Source: Geopsychrobacteraceae bacterium
Lineage (GTDB): Bacteria > Desulfobacterota > Desulfuromonadia > Desulfuromonadales > Geopsychrobacteraceae
Length of the DNA stretch: 64,000 bases
Direction: 5' to 3'
Assembly (NCBI GenBank): GCA_963676795.2
Contig: CAXXTB010000001.1
Location: forward strand, 576,001 to 640,000
Part shown: positions 28,520 through 39,200 of the stretch, piece after piece
Position numbering within the stretch: the stretch's first letter is position 1
Layout of the letters: every line of letters begins with the position of its first letter
Position numbers and translations under genes: made by a program
The notes under the pieces: model-generated
What the model was told of the DNA's origin: nothing
What the model saw: only the letters and a program-made list of their open reading frames with translations
Database searches by the model: none

Positions 28520-28790
28520 AGTTGTCTTTTCGTTTCTATCAGCACAGATGCCTGCAAGGTTGCATCTGGTTACAGCACTTATGTAAGAAAATTATTATGG
28601 CAACCTTAAGGTTTTTCCGGATGGCTGTTGTGCGGCGGAGTAAGAGGTCATCCATTTTTGTGTTCAGGATAACAGAACTCAGGAAAAATCGGAAGAATCC
28701 GCTAGCCAATGAATAAATCACTGTAAGACTGCTACGTTGATTCAAACTGGCGGTCTTGTCCCCCTCGGGACAGGCTGATTTCTTTTGCTG

Positions 28791-30467
28791 TCATTCTGCC
28801 GGGAAGTCGAACAGGACATAGCCGGTATCGCTGGCAAGTTCATGGACCGGGATTCCCCTTTCCTGCAGCTGGTTCAGATAGTATCTGGTGGTAATGCCGA
28901 CCTTGATAGCGTTCTGCTCGGCAAGTTCCGGCAAATGAGCAAACTGTTTCTCCTTGATGGCCAGCGTATAGAGGCCTGAATAGAAATTGGCGCTCGGTCT
29001 TTTGCTGATCTTGTAGAGCAGGATTTTACCGTCTGCGGGGGTCAGTGCTGCTGCCTGCTCAGCCAGATTGACCAGCGGCCTGTTCATCAGCCTGTCAAAG
29101 GTCGGCAGAATCATGAAGATCATGATGAAATTCAGGACCAGCGCGCAGCTCAGCAGGGTGCTGAACAGCTGTTCGCTCTTCTTTTTTCGGGTGATGACAA
29201 TAATGAAAATACCGCAGGCGACCAACAACAGTCCGGCCAGCCAGGGGGTCACGCCCAGCGCAACCGGTTCCGCCAGAACCGGCGCCTTGAGAGCGTGTTT
29301 CCCCAGGCGATCCGGCAGGGTGCTGAGAATAATCGGCAGCGCCACAAAGACGCCACCAAGCAGGGCGAAGAACAGACCGGAAATCCAGCCGGAGATGATC
29401 GCCCAGTGCGACAGGCTGACTTCGTTCTTTTCCAGCAGGGCAGCAATCAGGATGGCAAAGCCGGGGACCGCGGGGAGAATGTAGTTCGGCAGTTTGGTTG
29501 CGGCGAACGAGAAAAACAGCAGGACGATCACCGAGTAAATCAGAAACATCCGGATAAAACGGCTCGAGGGTTTCTGGCTGTCTCTGACCGGTGCAGCGAT
29601 AAAGGCCTGACCGATATAGGGGAACCAGGGGAGCATTCCGACGAGCAGCACCAGAACATAATAGAAGATGGGGCCTGAATGCCCTTCCATGGCACTGGAG
29701 AAGCGGCCGAGGTGATGCTTGAGGAACAGCTCCTTCATGAAGGCGAACCCTTCAGGGTGAGTGAAACCGAGCATCAGGTACCAGGAAAAGCCGATGATGA
29801 TCAGTATCAGCGCACCGGGGATAAGCCAGCTGGCACGAAACAGCAGCCTCAGGCGTTTGATCGTCACCAGGTAGATCAGGGCGGTCAGCAGCGGGAAGAG
29901 TATGCCTATGATTCCCTTGGTCAGCATGGCCAGCGCCGAGAACAGGCAGGCAAGCCAGAACAGCCGGGTGCCGCGACCTTCCCCTTTGATGACCTGTTCA
30001 ACCGCGTACCACGAGGTGAGCAGGCAGAGGGTCATATAGAGAGTCAGGAACATGTCGGTCATGGCGATCCGGGTCAGGTAGACGAAGAGGAAGGAGCTTG
30101 CCGTGATCAGGGCGGCCCGACCGGCCAGGCGCTTGCCAAGGGCGGGAATCGACATGAAGTAGATGATGAGCACTGTAGCGACCCCGGCCAAGGCGTTGAA
30201 AATGCGCGCACCGGTTGTTGTCGTGCCGAACATTTTGTAGCCGGCGACCTGGGCCCAGTAGATCATTGGTGGTTTGTCAAAAAAATCTTCGCCGTTCAGG
30301 AGCGGAACGATCATCTGCTGGTCGGTGAGCATCTCCCTCGAGATTTCGGCGTAGACGCCTTCATCGAAGTCGATGACGACAGTCTGACCGAGGCCGTAGA
30401 GAAAAATGATGGCCAGCAGAATGATAAGGGCGAAACTTTTCATTTTACACATAATAGCGGTGCTCAT
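28791..30467 (-). CDS. ArnT/PMT-like (GT-C fold) lipid-linked glycosyltransferase
   Basis: DEGVYAEISREM, DKPPM.YW, LAMLTKG, TKLPNYILP; many TMs. Confidence 0.9.
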   Translation of the reverse strand: MSTAIMCKMKSFALIILLAIIFLYGLGQTVVIDFDEGVYAEISREMLTDQQMIVPLLNGEDFFDKPPMIYWAQVAGYKMFGTTTTGARIFNALAGVATVLIIYFMSIPALGKRLAGRAALITASSFLFVYLTRIAMTDMFLTLYMTLCLLTSWYAVEQVIKGEGRGTRLFWLACLFSALAMLTKGIIGILFPLLTALIYLVTIKRLRLLFRASWLIPGALILIIIGFSWYLMLGFTHPEGFAFMKELFLKHHLGRFSSAMEGHSGPIFYYVLVLLVGMLPWFPYIGQAFIAAPVRDSQKPSSRFIRMFLIYSVIVLLFFSFAATKLPNYILPAVPGFAILIAALLEKNEVSLSHWAIISGWISGLFFALLGGVFVALPIILSTLPDRLGKHALKAPVLAEPVALGVTPWLAGLLLVACGIFIIVITRKKKSEQLFSTLLSCALVLNFIMIFMILPTFDRLMNRPLVNLAEQAAALTPADGKILLYKISKRPSANFYSGLYTLAIKEKQFAHLPELAEQNAIKVGITTRYYLNQLQERGIPVHELASDTGYVLFDFPAE

Positions 30468-30672
30468 CTTGCTAAGTCACTAAAAGTAGAGTATTCATAA
30501 CCGGGGTTCTGGCGCCGGACTTGCCGGCAAAGCTTAAGTCATTCGTCTGGCAACTGCAAGGTGCATTTGAACAGTCGAAATCAGCCGCAGGGAACGGATA
30601 GGCAGTCTTTCTCAACTGTCGGGTTGTCGCCAGGTAGATTGATTCTGACGAGTTTTATTGAGGAAGGGCAGA

Positions 30673-31053
30673 GTGAAGATTCCCAGGGTTTTTAAATTTG
30701 CGCTGGTCGGCGGGGTCGGAACCCTGGTCCAGTATCTTGTTCTGACTGCAGGGGTGGAACTGTTTGCCGTGAATCCTGTCGTCTCTTCCTGTGTCGGCTA
30801 CGGGCTCGGTTTTCTGGTCAACTATCTGCTCAATTTCTATTTTACCTTCAATCTGAAAGCAGGGCATCGAGCCGCGCTGATCCGTTATTTCAGTCTCTCG
30901 CTGTTCGGTTTTTTTCTCAACCTGGCGCTGGTTTACCTGGCGATCAATATTGTCGCTATGCATTATATTCCGGGGCAGATTCTGGCCACCGCCGTGGTTT
31001 TTCTGTCAAACTATGTTCTTTCCAGCCGCTGGGCATTCAAGGCAATCGGTTAA
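30673..31053 (+). CDS. GtrA-family flippase-like protein
   Basis: KFALVGGVGT, NYLLNFYFTF, NYVLSSRWAF; 4 TMs. Confidence 0.88.
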   Translation: MKIPRVFKFALVGGVGTLVQYLVLTAGVELFAVNPVVSSCVGYGLGFLVNYLLNFYFTFNLKAGHRAALIRYFSLSLFGFFLNLALVYLAINIVAMHYIPGQILATAVVFLSNYVLSSRWAFKAIG

Positions 31054-31065
31054 GCGTGCCGGGGG

Positions 31066-31992
31066 CTACCTGATCCAGTAGAGAAAGCGGCGATAGAGTC
31101 GCCACCAACCTTTGACGGCAAAGAAGCTGGCAACAATTCCCAGCGGCAGCAGCAGTGCCCAGACCAGACTGACCTCGAGAAACAGCGCGCGCAGGCCGAA
31201 CAGCGCGCAGATGACGCAGACCGAAACGGCGACACTTAAGAGTCCGAGCTTCAGCTCCCAATAATTGGGCAGCCCTTCACTCCTTTTCCCTGCACCCAGC
31301 AGCTGCCGCTGTTGTGGCACCTTCAGCACCCAGAAGTAACAGAGGTGGATCAGCAGCCAGCCGATCAGCATGCCGAGCAGGCCATCGCTGATCCAGTGAT
31401 TGAGGCTCATCGGTCGGGCCAGCGCCATCCCCCCGGCATTGAGCAGGGACAGGATACCGACAATCACACCGACGATTCTTACCTTCGGGCTGTTTTCCCG
31501 GTTGCCAGCCAGCATGTAGCCGAGCAGCAACGGCAGCAGCGCGGCAAGGGTATGACCGCTCGGGAAACTGCCGCGATAGATTCCTTCGGAGATGAAATGC
31601 GGTCCGGTGATGAACCAGTCGCTGTAGGCCAGCTGTTGTTTGAATACCTCTTTGGGGCGTGCCCGGCCAACCACCCACTTGACGGTGTGGACAAAGCAGA
31701 GGGCGCTGATCAGGCCGGCGAAGATGCCGAAGCCGAGTTCCGCCCGCCAGCGTGCCAGCCGTTCTTTTCTGGCACTGAACAGGTAGAGCCCCAGGCAGAC
31801 CAGCATGCCGATGATCGAGATGTCTCCGGTTCCGGGGAGGTCGCCTTCAAAGAGGGTTCTGCTGTAAAAGTCTTCAAACACCGGCCAGGCATTCTGCTTC
31901 AGGTAGATGGTGGTATCGTAGTCGACATGATGGATCGTCAGGGCTGCAGTGCAGAGCAGAATCAGGATCAGGGCCAGGAGCAGATACTTCAT
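31066..31992 (-). CDS. PAP2-family membrane phosphatase
   Basis: KWVVGRARP, SFPSGH, ARPMSLNHWISD. Confidence 0.88.
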   Translation of the reverse strand: MKYLLLALILILLCTAALTIHHVDYDTTIYLKQNAWPVFEDFYSRTLFEGDLPGTGDISIIGMLVCLGLYLFSARKERLARWRAELGFGIFAGLISALCFVHTVKWVVGRARPKEVFKQQLAYSDWFITGPHFISEGIYRGSFPSGHTLAALLPLLLGYMLAGNRENSPKVRIVGVIVGILSLLNAGGMALARPMSLNHWISDGLLGMLIGWLLIHLCYFWVLKVPQQRQLLGAGKRSEGLPNYWELKLGLLSVAVSVCVICALFGLRALFLEVSLVWALLLPLGIVASFFAVKGWWRLYRRFLYWIR

Positions 31993-32026
31993 AAACCTAT
32001 GTCTCTATTTGTGTAGCAGCAGGGCG

Positions 32027-32302
32027 TCAGGGGAGGACCTTGTTCCAGCGGTCGATCGTCACCGATGCAAACAGCCCGGCTTTGGCATAGGGGTCGTTGG
32101 CGGCAATGGCCTCGACTTCCGCCTTGTCAGCAACATCAAAGATCACAATCGATCCGCACATCTCTTCTTTTTCATTGAGAATGCCGCCAGCGGCGAACAG
32201 CTTCTCTCCCAGGCTTTTGAGGAATTCAACGTGGGCCGGACGGTTTTCCATGCGCACCGGCAAATGACCGGCTTTATCAAGACAACGGACGACAAACAGC
32301 AT
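32027..32302 (-). CDS. YciI-family protein
   Basis: R...RPAH, AGG, GS, DPY..AG; ATG 32302 with AAGGAG RBS. Confidence 0.9.
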   Translation of the reverse strand: MLFVVRCLDKAGHLPVRMENRPAHVEFLKSLGEKLFAAGGILNEKEEMCGSIVIFDVADKAEVEAIAANDPYAKAGLFASVTIDRWNKVLP

Positions 32303-32504
32303 ATAAGGTCTCCTTCTGTGGGAAAATTGAGACCTATTGAATAGCCCAGCGGCCGGATTATTCCTAGATTTTTTTCCGCGCGCAATATTTTTGCCCTGCT
32401 TGCTCCTCAGCAGCACGTTCAGAATTGCCTCCCCAGACAACTGAGGCGGCTGCTGGTCATGCCGGAATGAAGCAGGTATGATTGACATCTAAAAAGGGGA
32501 ATCG

Positions 32505-32885
32505 ATGAAAAAAATCATGTTGATTGCATTGCTGACCGCCCTGCTAAGCGGCTGTGCCGGTCATTCTGTTCCAAACGAGGGGCAGAGCTCTTTTGAGCAG
32601 ACTGGTAAGGCGTCCTATTATGCCGCCAAATTTGAAAACAGAAAAACGGCCAGTGGTGAACTTTATAAAAGCACGAAACTGACTGCTGCACACCGCAGCC
32701 TGCCCTTCGGGACCCGGGTGAAGGTTACCAATCTGGCCAACGACAAGACTGTCGTGGTCAGAATCAATGACCGTGGTCCCTTTGTCAAAGGGCGGATCAT
32801 CGACCTGTCAAAAACGGCCTTCAGTAGCATTGGCAGGCTCAGCGAAGGACTGCTTATGGTCCGCTTCGAGGTTGTTTCCGAGTAA
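32505..32885 (+). CDS. rlpA: RlpA-family (DPBB) lytic transglycosylase lipoprotein
   Basis: Lipobox [34 protein letters not shown]; no SPOR domain. Confidence 0.9.
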   Translation: MKKIMLIALLTALLSGCAGHSVPNEGQSSFEQTGKASYYAAKFENRKTASGELYKSTKLTAAHRSLPFGTRVKVTNLANDKTVVVRINDRGPFVKGRIIDLSKTAFSSIGRLSEGLLMVRFEVVSE

Positions 32886-32937
32886 CCTACACGTATGGAC
32901 TGTATAGTGTGTCAGCTTCTGTAGGGGCTGGTTCTGG

Positions 32938-33648
32938 TTAATTCGTTGCAATTGCTGTTTCCTTGGCCATGCACTCGCGGAGCTTCTGCCGGTCCGCTGA
33001 AGGCAGGGGTTCAAATGTGACGGTAAAGCCCCCGTCGATATGCCTGACGATCCTGCCATCGAGCTCAAACCAGATCTCCTCGTTTTTTTTGCCCTGAAGA
33101 GAGAAACGAACCCTGATGCTCTCTCCTGCCTCGGGGAGGGGGCGAGCAGTCGTTATGGCGCAGCCGCCCAGCGAGATATCGAGCAGTTGCCCTGAGGCTT
33201 TCTCATTGGGCAAGCTGTAGTCGACCGCTTTGTTGCGCAGCTTGATACGGATATGGGCGCGTTTGGAGTTGTTGTCGAGAAATGCGTCGGCTTCAGCCAG
33301 ACTGTTGACGTGGGTCGCCTCGTAGCCCTGTCTGCTGACGGCAAAATTCTGAAACTGAAGATTTATCAGCTGCCTGTCGTCGACAACCCGGACGACGTGG
33401 TTGACGCCGTGGGCAATCAGATATTGCATGATTTTTGTCAGGGTCGAGACGGCAGAGATATGACCGTAGCTCACTTCGGTCAGATCGAGAATGAGGGAAA
33501 AATCCGGCTTGAGATCAGCCACGGCAAAACGGATCTCGGTGAAATAACTGTCGATATCTTCTTTGCCCACATTGCCGACGCATTTACAGTATAGACGGTT
33601 CTTTTGTGTGTCGATACGGACAGTATTTCTCTTTGCCAATGCAGTCAT
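32938..33648 (-). CDS. PilZ-domain protein with an unassigned N-terminal domain
   Basis: C-terminal RAHIR (RxxxR) and DISLGG (DxSxxG); start 33648 chosen over the longer ORF. Confidence 0.8.
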   Translation of the reverse strand: MTALAKRNTVRIDTQKNRLYCKCVGNVGKEDIDSYFTEIRFAVADLKPDFSLILDLTEVSYGHISAVSTLTKIMQYLIAHGVNHVVRVVDDRQLINLQFQNFAVSRQGYEATHVNSLAEADAFLDNNSKRAHIRIKLRNKAVDYSLPNEKASGQLLDISLGGCAITTARPLPEAGESIRVRFSLQGKKNEEIWFELDGRIVRHIDGGFTVTFEPLPSADRQKLRECMAKETAIATN

Positions 33649-33909
33649 GATCTCTCGACGCTTCGAGCGGAAACGCAATTTTCTTTCAATTATACCCTGC
33701 AGGACGATCAGCTCAACCGGGTGATGCGGCCCAATCGGCGGGTTGTTTCTCAGCCAAAATCTCATACCGCATACTTGTGGTAAAGTATTAACGTATGGCC
33801 GGGCTGTAGAAGGTTTGAACAGCGGCTGGTTTCTGTTGGACATTATCTGTTGTCGGTAGCTTCGGTTATCACTTTCTTGTATTCCGGATTGACTTCAGAA
33901 GGGCTGCTT

Positions 33910-35787
33910 ATGAAGCCTGGCGTGATAATTGGCGTAATGATCGGTGTGCTGCTGTCTGGGCTGAATCCTCCGGCGTTTGCCAATGCGCAGCTGCTGGCAG
34001 ACTACTCTCCACATATTATCGCGGACGTCCTTTTTATCCTGGTCCAGATGGTTTTGATCGGCCTGTTGGTTGCCAGTCGCAGCCGGCTTAAAAAAGCTCA
34101 AAACAAGCTTCGCCGGCAGAGTGACGATCTCGAACTCATGGTGGCGGCGCGCACCGAAGAACTGCGGCAATCTCAACAACTCCTGGAGACCGCAAAGTCT
34201 GTTGCCAATCTGGGCATCTGGGAGCTTGATCTTGTTCATAACCGTTTAAGCTGGTCGGATGAGATGTATATCATCTTCGGCTTGGATAAAGAAACCTTTG
34301 CACCTTCCCGGGAGGCATTTCTGGAACTGCTCCCTGCTGACGACAGGGCTGAATTGATATCCTCCTATCAGCACTCTTTGGCTACGCAGAACAAATTCCA
34401 GCTGGTTCACAGGGTCAGGCTCAGAAACGGCCGGGCCAAATGGATTGAAAGTCAGTGTGCAACCCGGTTCGATGAACAGGGGACGCCTCTCTATTCTTTG
34501 GGAACAGCGTACGATATAAGCCGTCAGAAAGACACCGAAGAGAAATTCAAAACCTACCTGGAGCTGGCCAGCGACGGCATCCATATTCTCGATGAAAAAG
34601 GCAATGTGTTTGAATGCAGTCACTCATTCGCCGAGACCATGGGCTACAGCTACGAAGAAGCTTTAACGCTGAATGTCAGGGACTGGGACAAGGATGTCTC
34701 GCTAACGGCAGAGGCCCGGCTGCGCCGGCTGATGAACAAGCCGGAAACCTTTGAGGCTGTTTACTGCAGAAGGGACGGCTCGACATTTAACGCCATGGTC
34801 AGCGCCAAGGGGATTGAGCTGAACGGAGTGAGAATGCTCTATGCCTCGGTGCGGGATATTACCGAGCAGAAACGTGCTGTTGAGGAACACCTGGCCAAGG
34901 AGAAACAGCTTCAGGCCATTACCGACTCCAGCCTGGACGCGATTATTCTGATGAATCCACGCGGAGAGATCACCTTCTGGAATCCGGCTGCCGAACGGAT
35001 TCTGGGCTACCAGGCTGGTGAAGTCATAGGTAAGAACCTGCATAAACTCCTGGCGCCGGAGCGCTATCATTCAGAACATCAAGCTGCTTTTCCACGGTTC
35101 ATCAGGGAAGGAGCTGGAGATGCTGTCGGAAAAAGCCGTGAATTTTACGCAAGGCACAAAGATGGTCATGAGATCGCCGTGACTCTGTCTGTTAGCGCCA
35201 TCCTGCAGGAGAATCAGTGGCACGCGGTAGGGACGATCAGGGATATCACGCGGCAAAAGGAAGCAGAAGCTGAGCTCGGTCGTCTGCTCGATGATCTTGC
35301 CGAGGCCTCAGTGACCGATAAGTTGACCGGGCTGTTCAACCGCAGAAAGCTGGATGAGAGCTTTGACTATGAAATTCAACGAGCCGAACGCTACTGCTCG
35401 ACTTTTTCAATTATTCTGCTCGATATGGATCATTTCAAAAGCGTGAACGACAAATTCGGGCACCTGATCGGAGATGAGGTTCTCAAGGCTTTAGCAACAA
35501 TTCTCAGTGAGAATATTCGTTCTGTCGATATCCTTGGGCGCTGGGGTGGGGAGGAGTTTCTGATCATCTGCCCCCAGGCCGATTTGGCCAGTGCTGCGAT
35601 TCTCGCGGAAAAACTCCGTAAGGCTATTGCGGATTATGACTTTCCTGGCGTTGGTCATAAAACCTGCAGTTGTGGTGTCGCGAGCTGGCTGGCTGGTGAA
35701 AATAGCAATGCTGTTGCAGAAAAGGTCGATAAGGCTCTTTATCGGGCCAAGGAGCAGGGGCGTAATTGCATCGTCATCGAAGAATGA
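33910..35787 (+). CDS. PAS-PAS-PAS diguanylate cyclase
   Basis: N-terminal TM segments, three PAS/PAC domains, DKLTGLFNR, RSVD I-site, GGEEF. Confidence 0.92.
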   Translation: MKPGVIIGVMIGVLLSGLNPPAFANAQLLADYSPHIIADVLFILVQMVLIGLLVASRSRLKKAQNKLRRQSDDLELMVAARTEELRQSQQLLETAKSVANLGIWELDLVHNRLSWSDEMYIIFGLDKETFAPSREAFLELLPADDRAELISSYQHSLATQNKFQLVHRVRLRNGRAKWIESQCATRFDEQGTPLYSLGTAYDISRQKDTEEKFKTYLELASDGIHILDEKGNVFECSHSFAETMGYSYEEALTLNVRDWDKDVSLTAEARLRRLMNKPETFEAVYCRRDGSTFNAMVSAKGIELNGVRMLYASVRDITEQKRAVEEHLAKEKQLQAITDSSLDAIILMNPRGEITFWNPAAERILGYQAGEVIGKNLHKLLAPERYHSEHQAAFPRFIREGAGDAVGKSREFYARHKDGHEIAVTLSVSAILQENQWHAVGTIRDITRQKEAEAELGRLLDDLAEASVTDKLTGLFNRRKLDESFDYEIQRAERYCSTFSIILLDMDHFKSVNDKFGHLIGDEVLKALATILSENIRSVDILGRWGGEEFLIICPQADLASAAILAEKLRKAIADYDFPGVGHKTCSCGVASWLAGENSNAVAEKVDKALYRAKEQGRNCIVIEE

Positions 35788-35793
35788 ATAAAT

Positions 35794-35826
35794 GAAGCGC
35801 CATTCAGATTATCTGAATGGCGCTTC
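35794..35826. terminator. Perfect hairpin between convergent genes
   Basis: gaagcgccattcagat-t-atctgaatggcgcttc. Confidence 0.7.
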
Positions 35827-35865
35827 CGTCTTACTTGTAAATACAATTGTCAGGCGCTGAGACGT

Positions 35866-36090
35866 TTATAGCAGCATGCGAGGGACGCAGACCTGATCAG
35901 CTGTTTCAGCGGGCTGGCCACAGGTGTCGCAGATGTAATGCATTTCGTCCTTGATCGAATCGCACATGGCATTCAGATCGCCGTCAAAGCCGCAGGACCC
36001 GGTATTGCTGACAATTTCGACCGGTTTGCAGAGATTTGATTTCTCATCGGTCACAACACCACAGGTTCCACATTTATATTTGTCGCTCAT
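35866..36090 (-). CDS. Small Cys-rich protein with internal duplication
   Basis: AAGGAG RBS; YKCGTCG...LCKP and YICDTCG...VCVP; 8 Cys in 74 aa. Confidence 0.8.
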   Translation of the reverse strand: MSDKYKCGTCGVVTDEKSNLCKPVEIVSNTGSCGFDGDLNAMCDSIKDEMHYICDTCGQPAETADQVCVPRMLL

Positions 36091-36249
36091 CTTAATTCTC
36101 CTTGGTTTCGAGGAAAGAAGTTAAATATGACCGTCATTGTCATATTTTGATATTAAGAAGTTTAGCGGGCTGTGACAAGGGGGGAGGAGACAAAAATTCA
36201 GTCGGGAAATGATCCGGACGGCCTGAGGGGCCGTCCGGGAATGATTAAT

Positions 36250-39200
36250 TCAGATGGGCAGGGTGATGGTCATGGTCGTACCGACCCCTTCTGTGCTGTC
36301 AACCTTGATCGATCCCTGATGTTTCTTGACGACGATATCGTAGACGATCGACAGTCCCTGGCCCGAACCCTTGCCGACTTCCTTGGTGGTGAAGAAGGGC
36401 TCGAAAATGCGGTCCTTGATATCATCCCTGATACCGGCTCCGTTGTCGGAAACCGTCATCATGATGGCGTTAGCGACAGTTTTCGTGGTAATGCGGATTT
36501 CTCCCGGGGTTGTTGAATCGTTTTTCTCCCTGATCGCATCGGCTGCGTTGACGATCAGATTGAAGAGGATCTGGCTAATGGCGCCCGTTTCACAGAAAAT
36601 TGACGGCAGTTCCGGGTCGAGGTCGGTCTTCAGTTCGGAAACGTATTTCCATTCGTTTCTGGTGACGATGCTCGCGCTATCGATCAGGTGGTTCAGATTA
36701 GTTGCCGCTTTTCCGCCGCCGCCGGGGTGGGAAAATTCCTTGAGCGCCGCGACGATCCTGGTGACGTGATCGACGCCGCCAAGAGCGTCGTTGACCCCTT
36801 CGATCATCTCTTCCCGGACAAAGTCCAGGTCTGCGGCTTCGATCAGCCTGGTCAGGTTGACTTGCCAGTCGGGGTTGGCAAAATTTTCCGGCTGGTCAAG
36901 GGTGTTCTGCAGCTCGTCGAGCAGCGGGGCAATGTCTTCAAAAGACGATTTGAAGAATGACAGGTTGTTCTGGATGTACTGCAGCGGTGTGTTGATCTCA
37001 TGTGCGACGCCAGCCGCCAGCTGGCCGACCGCTTCAAGCTTCTGGGCCTGCAGCAGCTGGCGTTGCAGGGTGCGCTCATGGCTGACGTCGCGCCAGAGAG
37101 ATACATAGTGGGTGATTGTACCTTCGGAGCTGCGAACTGGTGAGATGGTTGTTTCCGTATCAAACAATGATCCGTCACGTCGGCGATTGGTCAGTGCCCC
37201 TCTCCAGACTTTACCGCTAAGTAAGGTCTTCCAGAGCTCGCTGTAAAATTCGTCCTCGTGAATACCGCTTCTGAATATGGTGGTATTGATGCCATACAAG
37301 TCCTTTACCGGCCAACCGCTCATATGTTCACTGGCCAGATTACCATACTGGATAATTCCTTCCGTATCGAAGACGATGACGCCATCGGAAGTCTGTTCCA
37401 GAACCGTGGCCTGGAGTTTGCGGTTTGTCTCTGCTTTATGCCTTGACGTCACGTCGCGCAGGAAGACAACCTGATCGTGTTGGGCATTTTGAGACTCAGA
37501 TTTTGACGCATGATACTCGATGATCAGTTCTTCTTTATCTCCGTTCAGGGTAAAGGATCCTATCGGCTGATATTGTCGGATATCAGCCAGAGTCTTCAGG
37601 ATCTGGTTTTCCAGAGTATTGCCGCTAAAACCGTAGGTTTCATTCCAGTCTTTTAGCAGCTGGTCATAGGTTTCATTGCTCTGAACCAGTCTCGATTCAT
37701 GGTTGAAGACCAGCAGACCGCCGGGAACCGTATTGAGAATATTTTGAATGAACTGGCTTTGTTGCTTGGCCTGGTCGACGGCCTGTTTCAAGTCGCTGAT
37801 GTCTTTTGCGCCAGCAATGACACCGATGGTCTCGTTGAGGAAATTGGTCAGTCGGGCCAGGTTGACCGAAACCGGTTGCTTGGTGCCGTCGGCGGCGACG
37901 AGGGTCATCTCAATATTTCTCAGTTCAGATTTTGCTGCGGTCTCCGGAATGAACGGAAATTTGAATGCTTTCTTGACCTTATCCGGGTCGTCGGCAAAAA
38001 GTTCGCAGGCCTGGCGGCCGATCAGTTCGTCTTCCGGATAGCCGAGCAGCAGGCTGGTCTCCTTGTTGACCCGGGTGATTCTGGCATCGGGACCGACCAC
38101 GATCAGGCTGTCGAGAAAATCACTGATCACCGAATCCGCTTCATTGCGGGCATCGTTGGCCTCGTGCATGGCGGCATTCAGTTTCCTGCTCATGGTGTCG
38201 AAGTTGCGGACCAGATTGTCGACTTCGTCGATGCCTGACAGGTGACTGTCTCCGGCTTTACGATCATGGCCGAGCTCTTTGGTCCTTTCCGAGAGTTCGG
38301 CGATCGGCAGGGCGATCTTGCTGGTCAGCTTTTTCGAGGAGATGAGCAGAAAGGCGAAAAACAGGGCATAGAAGAGCAGCATGGCGACGATGGCGATCAG
38401 ACCAACCCTGTTACTGAGCTGCTTCAGGCTGGTGATCGGCGCAAACACCGCAGTCTTCCCGATCATGGTCAGCATCCGCCAGCCGGTCTCGTCGATGATT
38501 TCCTGGCTGACCAGGTAGTCGACACCATCGATTGTCATCGAGGTAATCCGCTCTCCTGAGTCGAAGAGCCTGGTGAATTGTGCCCGGATCGCTTCATTAT
38601 GACTCTTCAGGACGTTGAAGTCTTCCGGCTTTTCAACGGTCGACATGATGTTTTCGGTGTACTGATGGGGCCCCAGCTCCTTCAGGTTGAAGATCTTTTC
38701 AACCCTGTCCTGCATGGCCAGGATCGTGCCGCTGTCATCAACCATGAAGGTTCCGGCACCCCAGGGGATCTTGAGGTTGAGGATATGCTGGACAAAGGCG
38801 TCGATGGTGACGTCCAGGCCACTGACCCCTTCGAGGAAATCGCCCCGGTAAACCGGTACGATGACGGAAATCATCCAGCCCTGACCGGCCGGGTCGAGGT
38901 AGGCGCCGGTCCAGACCGGTTTGCGTTGCGGGTTATGCGCGGTATCGGCGTCGTAGTAGAAGTTGTAGTCCTCCATGTGGATCGCCGGCCCATACTGGGC
39001 CGGGGCGTCGGGCATGAAGGGGTAGAGCCGGTTCATGTCATCCCAGGTGTTCAGGTAGGCCTGGGTGACCAGATCGTTGGTCTCGACAATCGAGATCAGG
39101 AGCGGGTCGAGCATCTCGCTGCAGCGCGCCTTCTGCATTTCTGTGGGACCGATCTTTGTCGTTGCCGAATAATAGAGGGAGCCGCCGCCGTTATCCGTTG

